Of a stretch of DNA of 64,000 nt, positions 52,702 through 62,598 are shown in pieces. The DNA comes from an uncultured cyanobacterium. GTDB lineage: Bacteria > Cyanobacteriota > Cyanobacteriia > Cyanobacteriales > Cyanobacteriaceae. Positions within the stretch are counted from its first letter, which is position 1, and each line of letters starts with the position of its first letter. The position numbers and the translations under genes are program-made. Under the pieces are notes generated by a model. The model did not search any database. It was not told the origin of the DNA and worked only from the letters and a program-made list of their open reading frames with translations. The stretch spans positions 1 to 64,000 of the forward strand of contig CAVQBA010000006.1 in assembly GCA_963710605.1 (NCBI GenBank), given 5' to 3'.

Positions 52702-52819
52702 CCCTTCAATCAAGGAGGAAACTTCTACTATAATATTCACACAAACCCTTTGGTTGCTACAGATATTATCAATTTACGAGAATAAGTTGATCTAGTTTTT
52801 TTGTTGACTTTGTTTAGAA

Positions 52820-54182
52820 TTAGCTATTGATTAAATTGATGGCAATTTGCTGAGTTTTTGTCACTAAAGAATTTAACTTGATTGTAGTTAGTTGTCCTCG
52901 ATTCGACTATTTTTTTCCCGTTGACAAAACTATAATTAACTCGATCGTTTTGACAGTAAATTAAAGCCGAAACCAAATCAGCATGAGTACCAACAAAACT
53001 AGGTTTATCTATATCAATCGCAATAAAATCCGCTGCCATTCCTGTGGCTAGATAACCAATATCATCTCTTCCTAATACTTTAGCACCTCCTCTAGTGGCA
53101 ATCTCAAGAGCATTACGAGCATTCATCACCCCAGCAGATTCACTACCTACCCTAGCTAACAAAAAAGCCTGACGGGCTTCATGGAGTAAATTAGTGGCAT
53201 CATTAGAAGCCGCTCCATCAACACCTAAACCCACGTTTACATTCGCATTCAGCATTTTACGAATTGGAGCAATTCCACTGCCTAAACGCATATTACTACA
53301 AGGGCAATGAGCAACTCCTGTACCTGTTTTACCAAAATTTTCGATCGAGCGATCGCTTAATTTCACACAATGGGCGTGCCAAACATCATCTCCTAACCAG
53401 CCCACCGAATCAGCATAATCCCCCGGAATTAAATTAAACTTAGATAAGCTATACTCAACATCAGCTTTATTTTCAGCTAAATGGGTATGTAAACGGACAC
53501 CTGCATAACTTCTTGCCATAGCCGCCGATTCTTTCATTAAATCAGTAGATACCGAAAAAGGCGAACAAGGGGCAAGAACAATTCTCAACATAGAGTATCG
53601 ATCGTTATCGTGGTATTGTTCAATTAACCTGCGACTATCTTGAAGAATATCCGCTTCTTTTTCCACTAAGCTATCAGGTGGTAAACCTCCTTTACTCTCA
53701 CCGACACTCATACTACCACGACTAGCATGGAATCTTAAACCAGTTTCTTGTACCGCTCTAATTTGTTCATCAAGAGTACAATCATTCGGAAAAATATAAT
53801 GATGATCACTTGAAGTGGTACAACCTGAGAGTAATAACTCCGCCACTGCCAATTGGGAACTATAATACATAGCTTCGGCGGTAAGGTTTGCCCAGAGGGG
53901 ATAATGAGCAGTCAACCAGTTAAATAAACTACCATTTTGCCCCGCAGGAGTAACACGGGTTAGGTTTTGATAAAAATGATGATGAGTATTAATTAAACCA
54001 GGTAAGACTATATGTTTATCTTCTAAGTCAAGAATTTCATCGGCAGTATCAGGTAATTGTTCGATCGTTCCTACCTGTTCGATGACGTTATCATTAATGT
54101 ATAAAGCACCATGACGAATTTCTCGACGGTTATCATCCATGGTGACTAAAGTATGGATATTTTTGACTAATAAAGTGGACAT
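52820..54182 (-). CDS. 8-oxoguanine deaminase-like amidohydrolase (1-bp frameshift near the 3' end)
   Basis: NTHHHFYQ, SDHHYIFP, RFHASRGSMS, HTHLAE, WHAHCV, GVDGAASND; removing one base at about 52902 gives VDRGQLTTIKL...INS*. Confidence 0.85.
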
Positions 54183-54196
54183 ATACTAGAAATTTT

Positions 54197-54703
54197 TTAA
54201 CTGATTAACGACTCTAAACGTAGTCGGGCAATAGTACTTATTTCGGTTAATGCCCGTTGAGTTTCTTGCTCTCGATCGTTTTGCAGACGATCGACAAAAG
54301 CCTGTAAAATACTTTCTTTATTATGATACTTAACTGCAATGATAAAAGGAAAACCAAACTTATCTTTATAAGTCTGATTGAGATTTAATAGACGATCGTA
54401 TTCTTGCTCGGATAGAGAATTTAATCCTGCCCCTGTTTGCTCTTCTACCGACGCTTGAGCCATTTTTGCTTTACTACCTAAATCAGGATGTGCTTTAATT
54501 AAGGCTAATTGTTCGGTTTCTGTCATTTGATTGACGATTGTTAGCATCTGTTGGTATAAATCATCTAAATCTTTAAATGCTCTTTGATACCAAGTCTTTC
54601 GGGCAATAGCTGGGGTTTGTTCCCAAATTTCCCCTAAAGTAGCCACAAATTCCTCTAAAGACATTTGATTTATTTGTTCGATGCTATATAAACTGCTATT
54701 CAT
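54197..54703 (-). CDS. uraD: OHCU decarboxylase
   Basis: LIKAHPDLG, SVEEQTGAGL, YKDKFGFPFIIAVK, IARLRL. Confidence 0.92.
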   Translation of the reverse strand: MNSSLYSIEQINQMSLEEFVATLGEIWEQTPAIARKTWYQRAFKDLDDLYQQMLTIVNQMTETEQLALIKAHPDLGSKAKMAQASVEEQTGAGLNSLSEQEYDRLLNLNQTYKDKFGFPFIIAVKYHNKESILQAFVDRLQNDREQETQRALTEISTIARLRLESLIS

Positions 54704-54953
54704 AGAAAAAGTATTAAAATTCAAAAAAAAGCTTAGAGAATGGAGAATTTGGAGTTAAAAGATGATGAAAAAGAAAAATTTTCCACTCATAATTCAACTC
54801 ATTAAATTTTCAGCCAACAAAAAATCCCCCAACTCAAATATAATGACGATCGTGGTTAAAATAATTCCCCACTACAAAGATTAACCGATCGCTATTCCTT
54901 GGCAATACAACTATTAGCGGTATTTAAAACTTGAGTTGTAAGTCTTCTTGAGA

Positions 54954-56117
54954 TTAACGCAGTGGCCCACCTAAAATAATTTTAGCGATCGCATCGGTCA
55001 CATCTTTTTCTTCTTCTTGTTTTAACTGCTCGTACCATTCACGAGTTAAATCGGGTTCTTTATTATAAATAATGTCGGTACGCTTACGAGCCTTTAATAC
55101 TAACTTAGCAACCCTTTCTTTGCGTTCAGCTTCATAACGATTAAGAGCATCTTCTACACTGATATTAGTAGTAATCAAATAACGAGATAAAACCTCACCA
55201 TCTTCCATAGCTTGACAACCACCTTGACCTAAGGTAGGGGTACTCGCATGGGCAGAATCTCCAACTAAAGCAATTCTACCTTTAACCAGATGAGGTAAAG
55301 GATCGAGATCACCAATTTCTAAACGATTAACCTGATCAAGATCGATTTTAGCAATCAAATTTTGTACAGGAGTAGCCCAACCTTGAAAAACTTCTTGTAA
55401 TTCTGCACGGATTTTTTCAGGAGGAGTTTTACTACCTTGAGCCATCGGGCAACCAAAGAAAAAGTAAAAACGATTGTCCCCAATAGGCATCATTGAAGCT
55501 CTTTTACCATCGCCTACATATATCACCCAAACATCCTTCTGGGCTAAATCAGGACTAGCTTCTACTATTCCATTCCAGTTAACATAACCTGCATAACGAG
55601 GTTGTATTTCACTACCATTAAGATAGCTTCTCACGATCGAATTAACTCCATCAGCCGCAATTAGCACATCTGCTGTAGCGGTAGTGCCATCTTCAAAAAC
55701 GGCTGTTGCTTTGTCTTCATCTTGCTTAACTTCGACACAAGGCATCCCCATTTTTACATCTTCTTCACCAAAAGCCGTTAACATCATTTGCTGTAAGTCT
55801 GTACGAGAGACAGGATAAGGTCTTTGCCCTACTTGTTCCATTAAGGGAATTAAGTTAATATCATTTAAAACCTCTCCTTCTAAATTACGGTACTCCATAC
55901 GGTTCATTTGTCCACCAATGGCGGCAACTTCTTCTCCTAAGCCTAATTTATTGAGGACTTTAATACCATTTGACCATAGAGATATACCTGCACCTGCGGG
56001 ACGTAATTTTTTAGTTCTTTCATAGATTTCTACCTTGTATCCCGCTTGACGTAGAGCGATACCGATTGTTAAACCTGCCATTCCTGCACCGATAATGACT
56101 GCTTTTAAGTTATACAT
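54954..56117 (-). CDS. hpxO: FAD-dependent urate hydroxylase
   Basis: GAGMAG, GAGISLWSNG, VGQRPYPVSR, YAGYVNWNG, RASMMP, GDSAH..PTLGQGGCQAMED. Confidence 0.9.
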   Translation of the reverse strand: MYNLKAVIIGAGMAGLTIGIALRQAGYKVEIYERTKKLRPAGAGISLWSNGIKVLNKLGLGEEVAAIGGQMNRMEYRNLEGEVLNDINLIPLMEQVGQRPYPVSRTDLQQMMLTAFGEEDVKMGMPCVEVKQDEDKATAVFEDGTTATADVLIAADGVNSIVRSYLNGSEIQPRYAGYVNWNGIVEASPDLAQKDVWVIYVGDGKRASMMPIGDNRFYFFFGCPMAQGSKTPPEKIRAELQEVFQGWATPVQNLIAKIDLDQVNRLEIGDLDPLPHLVKGRIALVGDSAHASTPTLGQGGCQAMEDGEVLSRYLITTNISVEDALNRYEAERKERVAKLVLKARKRTDIIYNKEPDLTREWYEQLKQEEEKDVTDAIAKIILGGPLR

Positions 56118-56311
56118 TTTCTCTTTAATTTGATTTATGAATGATTGATTTAATTAATTAATTAGTTATCTTTTAGTATTAATTCACAATTGGTAAGCTG
56201 TGTTAGTTCGGCTAATACCAATTTACTTACATTTTTAGCACAAAATAAAGGTTAAATGAAGGGTACTCGTGCAAGGGGTAAAGGGCAAAGGGTAAGTTAG
56301 CTTTTAGCTTT

Positions 56312-56353
56312 TTACTCATTACTCATTACTCGTTACTCGTTACTCATTACTCA
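56312..56353. repeat. Heptamer tandem repeat (TTACTCR)x6
   Basis: Read directly; abuts the permease stop codon. Confidence 0.85.
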
Positions 56354-56354
56354 T

Positions 56355-57752
56355 TTATTCTCGTCCAGGTATAATTGTATTTAACAATAAAGCAGTAATT
56401 CCTCCTGTAGAAATACCTGAAGAAAAGATATTTTTAACTAAGATAGGCATATTCGCTAAAATTTCGGGTACGACAGTTACTCCTAAGCCCAAACCTAAGG
56501 AAACAGCTAAAATGATCGAATTACGCTTAGTTAAATTAACACAAGAAAGAATTTTAATTCCTGCTACGGCTACTGTAGCGAACATAACAATGGTTGCTCC
56601 TCCTAAAACAGGTTGAGGTAAGGCTTGGAAAACTCCAGTAACAAGAGGAAAACAACCCAAAATTATAAAAATAGGGGCGATAAAAAAACCAATATAACGG
56701 CTACCAACTCCTGTTAGTTGAATTACACCATTGTTTTGACTAAAAGTAGTATTAGGAAAAGTGTTTAAACAAGCCGCAATGATTGAGTTAATACCATCAG
56801 CTAAAACTCCACCTTTAATACGTTTGAAATATTTAGGTCCTTCAATCGGTTCTCCTGAAATTGCTGAAGTTGCGGTTAAATCACCAATAGATTCGATCGC
56901 TGTAATCAGATAAATAAAAGCGAAAGGAATAAATGCTCCCCAACTAAATCCTAAACCATAACGAAAGGGTATGGGAAGAGTAAAAGCAGGTAATCCAGAG
57001 AGGTTACTAAAATCGACTAAACCTAAAGGAATACAAACTATAAAACCGACAACTAAACCAATAACAATTGATGACATACGCAAAAAATTATTGGTGGTAC
57101 AATTCAAAGCAATTATTACCGCTAAAACTAAAAATGCCACCCCTAAAAAAATAGGACGACCAAAAGTATCTGCGTTTTGGGCAGCAACACCGCCTCCCAT
57201 CGAAACAATACCAACTTTAATTAAAGTTAAACCGATTAGAGTGACGACTACCCCCGTTACTAAAGGAGTAATAACCTTATTAGCTAAATGAAGAAAGCGA
57301 CTGATAAAAATTTCGACAAAAGCACCAAAAAAACATAAACCGAAAATTATTCTCAGGGCTTCTTGAGGGCTACCACCTGCACCTTTGATGGCTAAACCAG
57401 TACCAATAATCGGACCTAAGAAAGCAAAACTTGTTCCTTGGATACTAAGTAAACCCGAACCAACAGGGCCTAGTTTTTTTACTTGAATAAATGTAGCGAT
57501 ACCTGACACGACTAAAGACATACTGAGAATATAAGTTGTATCTTGAGGAGGTACTTCTAATGCACCGCAAATTATTAATCCGGGGGTAATAATACCAACA
57601 AAACAGGCAAACACGTGTTGTAAGGCGACAAATATCGACTCAACAAAAGGTGGTTTGGCATCCAAACCATAGATTAAATCTGATTCTACAGTATTACTTG
57701 TTGTAGATACTCTATTTTCTGGTTCTTGTGTACTTATCTTAGGATTATTCAT
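56355..57752 (-). CDS. NCS2-family xanthine/urate permease
   Basis: ALQHV, GTSFAF, ESIGD, NAT signature FSQNNGVIQLTG, PVLGG. Confidence 0.9.
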   Translation of the reverse strand: MNNPKISTQEPENRVSTTSNTVESDLIYGLDAKPPFVESIFVALQHVFACFVGIITPGLIICGALEVPPQDTTYILSMSLVVSGIATFIQVKKLGPVGSGLLSIQGTSFAFLGPIIGTGLAIKGAGGSPQEALRIIFGLCFFGAFVEIFISRFLHLANKVITPLVTGVVVTLIGLTLIKVGIVSMGGGVAAQNADTFGRPIFLGVAFLVLAVIIALNCTTNNFLRMSSIVIGLVVGFIVCIPLGLVDFSNLSGLPAFTLPIPFRYGLGFSWGAFIPFAFIYLITAIESIGDLTATSAISGEPIEGPKYFKRIKGGVLADGINSIIAACLNTFPNTTFSQNNGVIQLTGVGSRYIGFFIAPIFIILGCFPLVTGVFQALPQPVLGGATIVMFATVAVAGIKILSCVNLTKRNSIILAVSLGLGLGVTVVPEILANMPILVKNIFSSGISTGGITALLLNTIIPGRE

Positions 57753-57971
57753 TTTTTATAATTAATATTTCAGTTTCTTAATTTTTGTTTTGCCTCTGAC
57801 TAGGAATGTCATGTTCTTGCCATTAAAGTTTTCTGCTATTGGTATTACTGCTAAAATTGCTAAAATTTAGACAAGTAAAAAATAACTTTACTTTGATTCA
57901 ACTAATACACAAGGTTTTGTGTTGAAAGTAACTATAATTTGAGTTTTTCTACTTTAAGTTTAATACTGTAT

Positions 57972-58013
57972 ACCGTATCCCAAAATATAAGTAAAGAATG
58001 TGTTTTTGGTTAC
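57972..58013 (-). promoter_or_regulatory. Class II NtcA-activated promoter for the purine cluster
   Basis: Minus strand TGTA-ACCAAAAA-CACA (GTA-N8-CAC; TGT-N10-ACA), then 22 nt, then TACGGT (TAN3T). Confidence 0.6.
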
Positions 58014-58062
58014 AGATTAATGATTATTAAACAAACAATTTTTTAGCTATTCCGTTTTTGGC

Positions 58063-58122
58063 TAAGTAGCCCCAATTAATTAAACGTCAAAAAACTTTCT
58101 TTTATTTAGGTAAAGCTACTTA
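58063..58122. mobile_element. 60-bp MITE-like element with TAAGTAGC/GCTACTTA ends
   Basis: 8-bp terminal inverted repeats; right half recurs at 8656-8686. Confidence 0.6.
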
Positions 58123-58344
58123 TCTAAGCTGAAACTGGCGATAATCAAGAATTTTGCCCAATCAAAAGCCCAAGGGATATCAACTTTAGCTGTAGGGATG
58201 ACTTGATTGGTGATTGCTTCGGCTGAAAGTTTTAATTGCCATCACCTAAAAAGAAATCTCAACAATTGCACTAGCTATAAAGATTAAAGTATAATACTTT
58301 GGGCGTAAGAAATTATCTATTATTAAATTAGGAGATTAAGAAAA

Positions 58345-58572
58345 TTGCCACATACCATTGTTACTGATGTTTGTGAAGGAGTTTCTGATTGTGTATCTGC
58401 TTGTCCTGTAGCTTGTATTCATGAAGGGCCAGGTAAAAATGCGATCGGTACTGACTGGTTTTGGATTGATTTTGATACTTGTATCGATTGTGGTATCTGT
58501 CTGCAAGTTTGTCCTGTAGAAGGTGCTATTTTAGGCGAAGAGCGTCCCGATTTACAAAAAACTCCTTCTTAA
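58345..58572 (+). CDS. Bacterial-type dicluster ferredoxin
   Basis: CEGVSDCVSACP and CIDCGICLQVCP; TTG start with AGGAG RBS. Confidence 0.9.
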   Translation: MPHTIVTDVCEGVSDCVSACPVACIHEGPGKNAIGTDWFWIDFDTCIDCGICLQVCPVEGAILGEERPDLQKTPS

Positions 58573-58711
58573 ACTATTGTTGAAGTAGTAATTTATATTT
58601 TATATTTTATATCTTACATTGTGTATTTCTTCTGAATTACTTTTAGGCTTCATGCTTTATTTTTCATGCTTTATTCTTCATCCTTACAGATGTAACTATT
58701 AACTCTCAATT

Positions 58712-59431
58712 ATGGGCAACTTACTCGAAGTAGAAAATGTATATGCTGGATATATTAAAGATTTAAATATTTTACAGGGTATTAATTTTCGGATAGATAA
58801 TGACGAATTAGTAACCGTAATTGGGCCAAATGGTGCGGGGAAATCGACTTTAGCAAAAACAATTTTTGGCTTATTATCTCCTAATCAAGGCAAAATTACT
58901 TTTAAAGGTGAAAATATTGCTGGTTTAAAACCGAATGAAATTGTCGCTAAGGGAATGTGTTATGTACCGCAAATTGTTAATGTTTTCCCAACTTTAAGTG
59001 TAGAAGAAAATCTCGAGATGGGTGCTTATATTCTTTCTGGTAGTACCAAAAAACAAAAGGATTTTATCTATACAATGTTTCCTAAATTGCTTGAAAGAGC
59101 AAAACAAAAAGCAGGTACTCTTTCAGGTGGCGAAAGACAAATGTTGGCAATGGGTAGGGCTTTAATGTTAGATCCAGATTTACTCATTTTAGATGAACCT
59201 TCGGCGGCTTTATCTCCTATTTTAGTTAATAATGTTTTTGAACAAATCAAGGCAATTAATCAAGCGGGTAAAGCAATTATTTTAGTTGAGCAAAATGCTA
59301 AAAAAGCTTTGATGATGGCACATAGAGGATATGTACTAGAAAGTGGTACAGATGCGATTGAGGGTAAAGGTGTAGATTTACTCAACAATCCTCAAGTAGG
59401 TGAACTTTATTTGGGTATTAGTCACAATTAA
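58712..59431 (+). CDS. natE: Branched/neutral amino acid ABC transporter ATP-binding subunit (NatE/LivF-like)
   Basis: GPNGAGKS, LSGGERQMLAMGRAL, DEPS, LVEQN. Confidence 0.8.
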   Translation: MGNLLEVENVYAGYIKDLNILQGINFRIDNDELVTVIGPNGAGKSTLAKTIFGLLSPNQGKITFKGENIAGLKPNEIVAKGMCYVPQIVNVFPTLSVEENLEMGAYILSGSTKKQKDFIYTMFPKLLERAKQKAGTLSGGERQMLAMGRALMLDPDLLILDEPSAALSPILVNNVFEQIKAINQAGKAIILVEQNAKKALMMAHRGYVLESGTDAIEGKGVDLLNNPQVGELYLGISHN

Positions 59432-59567
59432 TAATTAGCAATTAATAATTAATAATTGTTTTTTTGATACTCTACATAGAGCAGAAGATGAGATATTTTA
59501 ATTTTCTGCCGACTTTTCTACTATTAATTGCTAATATGAAGATATTTTGTTAGTTTAGTATTTTTGG

Positions 59568-60428
59568 ATGATAAAAATAGTGTTATCTCGTTACCGATTT
59601 TTACCAATTTTAGTTTTATTGAGTTTGCTTTCTTTTTCTCCTAAAGTTAAAGCACAGGCATTGTTGCCTTACACTCCTGAATTGAATGAAGAGTATTTTA
59701 ATACTTATAGTTCACAGTTGATACAAGATGCGGTACAACTAATTAGATTTCAAGAATTTGATTTAGCCCTTTCACGAGCAAAACTGGCAACACAATTGTC
59801 TCCTCAAATTTATCAGACATGGTTTATTTTAGGAACGTTAGAACTACAGTCGGGAAATACTGCTGAGGGAATACAATCATTTCTCAAAGCGAAAAACTTA
59901 GCCCCTGAAGATGCAGATATTTTATTTTCTTTAGGCAATTCTTATTTTCAGTTAGGAGAATACGAATCAGCGTTAGAAGAATTGCAAGCAGGAGTAAAAA
60001 TTAATCCTGAAGTGCCACAAGCATATTTTGATTTAGGTAATACTTATTTAAAGTTAAATAAATATCCAGATGCGATCGCATCTTACCAAAAAGCGACTGC
60101 ATTAGAAGCTGATTTTTGGCCAGCAACAAATAATATTGGTTTGGTTGAATACGAAGAAGGTAAAACCAGCCAAGCAATTGACAAATGGAGACAAGCATTA
60201 ACAGTAGATGAAAATCAAGCTGAGCCAATATTAGCTATCGCTGTTGCTTTGTATCAACAAGGAGAACGTACAGAAGCGATTAAATTAGGTCAAAAAGCCC
60301 TAAAAATAGATAATAGCTATGGTAAATTAGAATTTTTGTCTGAAAATCTGTGGGGAGATAAACTGTTAGCTGATACGAGTAAGTTTTTCCAAAATCCAGC
60401 TATCAAACCGTTGTTACCTCTTCCTTAA
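59568..60428 (+). CDS. Tetratricopeptide repeat protein, exported
   Basis: Signal peptide and multiple TPR units. Confidence 0.85.
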   Translation: MIKIVLSRYRFLPILVLLSLLSFSPKVKAQALLPYTPELNEEYFNTYSSQLIQDAVQLIRFQEFDLALSRAKLATQLSPQIYQTWFILGTLELQSGNTAEGIQSFLKAKNLAPEDADILFSLGNSYFQLGEYESALEELQAGVKINPEVPQAYFDLGNTYLKLNKYPDAIASYQKATALEADFWPATNNIGLVEYEEGKTSQAIDKWRQALTVDENQAEPILAIAVALYQQGERTEAIKLGQKALKIDNSYGKLEFLSENLWGDKLLADTSKFFQNPAIKPLLPLP

Positions 60429-60513
60429 AATTTCTTAATAGTTATCTAGATAACTTTTAGCTGATGTAAACGACTCTATTGTGAGGAAAAGATATCCATA
60501 ACATTTTTATTTT

Positions 60514-60927
60514 ATGAACGCATCTGAACAAGCTAATACATTAGAAACAACCACCAAAATAGCCTCTGTTGTTAATCTGTTCAAACAACATTTTCCTGAT
60601 GCTAAAGCTGACTTGAAACCATGGCAAAATGACCCAGATACGATCGATTTAATTGATCCAAATTCGATCGATATTGGTTTTCACTTTCCCGGATGGAGTC
60701 GTAAACTACAAAGTAGAAGTATCTTAGTCCAAATAAGGTTTCACCAAGATATAGTCGAACAAACCCATAAATTTATCGGCATCGAAACAGCAGGTTTTAA
60801 CCATAGTGGAGAAGTCTGGCGATTTTCAACGATCGAAAATTGGCAATTAACAGGTAAATCCCTACCGACTAAAGAAATAGAAGAAAAATTAAAACTATTT
60901 TGCCGTGGCGTATTTGAATTGTTTTAA
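60514..60927 (+). CDS. Conserved cyanobacterial hypothetical protein
   Basis: DLKPWQNDPDT..DPNSIDIGFHFPGWS motif. Confidence 0.7.
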   Translation: MNASEQANTLETTTKIASVVNLFKQHFPDAKADLKPWQNDPDTIDLIDPNSIDIGFHFPGWSRKLQSRSILVQIRFHQDIVEQTHKFIGIETAGFNHSGEVWRFSTIENWQLTGKSLPTKEIEEKLKLFCRGVFELF

Positions 60928-61043
60928 TTGATAAGAGTTGTTATTTTTTTCAACAATTTGTAACATTTTTGCACTTAAAAACAGACACCAAATTAGGTTA
61001 AACTAATCATATAAATACATCAAATAACACTAGTTAATTAAAA

Positions 61044-61529
61044 ATGAGTATAGTCAGTAAAGTTATTCTCAAAGCAGACGATGAACTTCGTTACCCTAGT
61101 AGCGGTGAACTACAAGGAATCAAAGCATTTTTAGATACTGGAGAAATGAGGGTACAAATCGCCCAAACATTGTCTGAAAACGAACAAAAAATTGTTGATA
61201 AAGCAGGTCAAGAATTATTTAGCAAACGCCCTGACTATCGTGCACCCGGTGGTAATGCTTCTACTCAAAGACAATATAATCAATGTTTAAGAGATTTTGG
61301 TTGGTATTTACGTTTAGCCAGCTACGGAATATTAGCAGGGGATAAAGAGCCGATTGAAAAAATTGGTTTGATTGGAGCTAAAGAAATGTATAATTCTTTA
61401 GGAGTACCTTTAAATGGTATGGCTGAATCTTTACGTTGTCTCAAACAAGCATCATTAGCATTGCTTTCTAGCCAAGAAGCAGAACAAGCCGCTCCTTATT
61501 TTGATTATATGATTCAATATATGTGTTAA
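61044..61529 (+). CDS. apcD: Allophycocyanin-B alpha subunit
   Basis: [42 protein letters not shown]. Confidence 0.93.
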   Translation: MSIVSKVILKADDELRYPSSGELQGIKAFLDTGEMRVQIAQTLSENEQKIVDKAGQELFSKRPDYRAPGGNASTQRQYNQCLRDFGWYLRLASYGILAGDKEPIEKIGLIGAKEMYNSLGVPLNGMAESLRCLKQASLALLSSQEAEQAAPYFDYMIQYMC

Positions 61530-61867
61530 TTTTGCTAGGCAAGAGCAAGCTGACTCAATAATTAATTAGTTGGGTAAAACGAAAATAAAACAATTTTGGC
61601 GTTGCTACTTGCTTTAGCTAAGTGCATAGTTAAAGGTGAAAGATTAAAGGATAAAGGATGAAAGCGGAATTGAAAATTGCGGTTAACTGTTTTTATTGAC
61701 TACTAATCGCTTTTTTGAACTTCCCTTTCTATTAATAAAAAATTTGCTACCGAGAGTAAAAAGTTCACTACAGAGTAATTTGATCGCTAATAGATTCAAC
61801 TAATTATCAAAAATCTCGACTTAGATTCGATAGTAAGTAAAAATTTGGTATTCACTACGGTTGTTAG

Positions 61868-62407
61868 ATGCCTAATAATAGATACAAACTTAATTCCCAA
61901 AACGAAGATATATCTTGGTTAAATAGCAACTTATTTTTATCTTCAAGTCTTTTTCTGTGTACTTATCTTATTTTTGGTTGGTTGATTGCCAGTAATGCTT
62001 TATTTTGGGCTGATTTACTTCATGAGCAAAACGTCTCTTTGCAAGTTGGTTTAGAAGATGACTTATTGTTATCACTAATTAAATTTTTGGCGGTGATTAC
62101 TATTATCCTGATTACTCTTGCTTTAAGTACACCTATTGCTTTAACTACTTTTTTGTTTACTAAAAGTATCAATTCCGATTTTAAAGGATTGTTTTCACTT
62201 TTATTATGGTCGATCGTATTAGTCTTTGCATTTTGCTATTTTGGTTATTTTGCTGATTTTTTAGTGATTGTTTCGGCAAATATTTTGCTAAGGTTAGATT
62301 TAAAGAAACTAAAATTATCTCAATGGCAGATTATGCTAATTACGATCGTCTTTAGTGTACTTGCCTTTATAACTGGAATGATTTTGTTTGACTTATTAGC
62401 TACATAA
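61868..62407 (+). CDS. Hypothetical integral membrane protein
   Basis: 179 aa with several hydrophobic helices. Confidence 0.65.
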   Translation: MPNNRYKLNSQNEDISWLNSNLFLSSSLFLCTYLIFGWLIASNALFWADLLHEQNVSLQVGLEDDLLLSLIKFLAVITIILITLALSTPIALTTFLFTKSINSDFKGLFSLLLWSIVLVFAFCYFGYFADFLVIVSANILLRLDLKKLKLSQWQIMLITIVFSVLAFITGMILFDLLAT

Positions 62408-62598
62408 CAAATGAGGGATGAAAGATGAGGGATGAAGGATTAATTCAAAAAAGCTTACTCTTTATAACTATCAACGTCTTAATCAGCCTTCGGTGTCGAG
62501 TGTCGATTATCATCGCTCAATTAAAACCTCTTCGTCTGTCGTATTACTAGCGGACTTCTGAGTGCTATCAACTATCAATTATCAACTAATTATTATCG

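Noticed and set aside
52750-52762. Second NtcA site upstream of the hpxW-like gene
   Set aside because: Only a half-site, with no correctly spaced -10 element.
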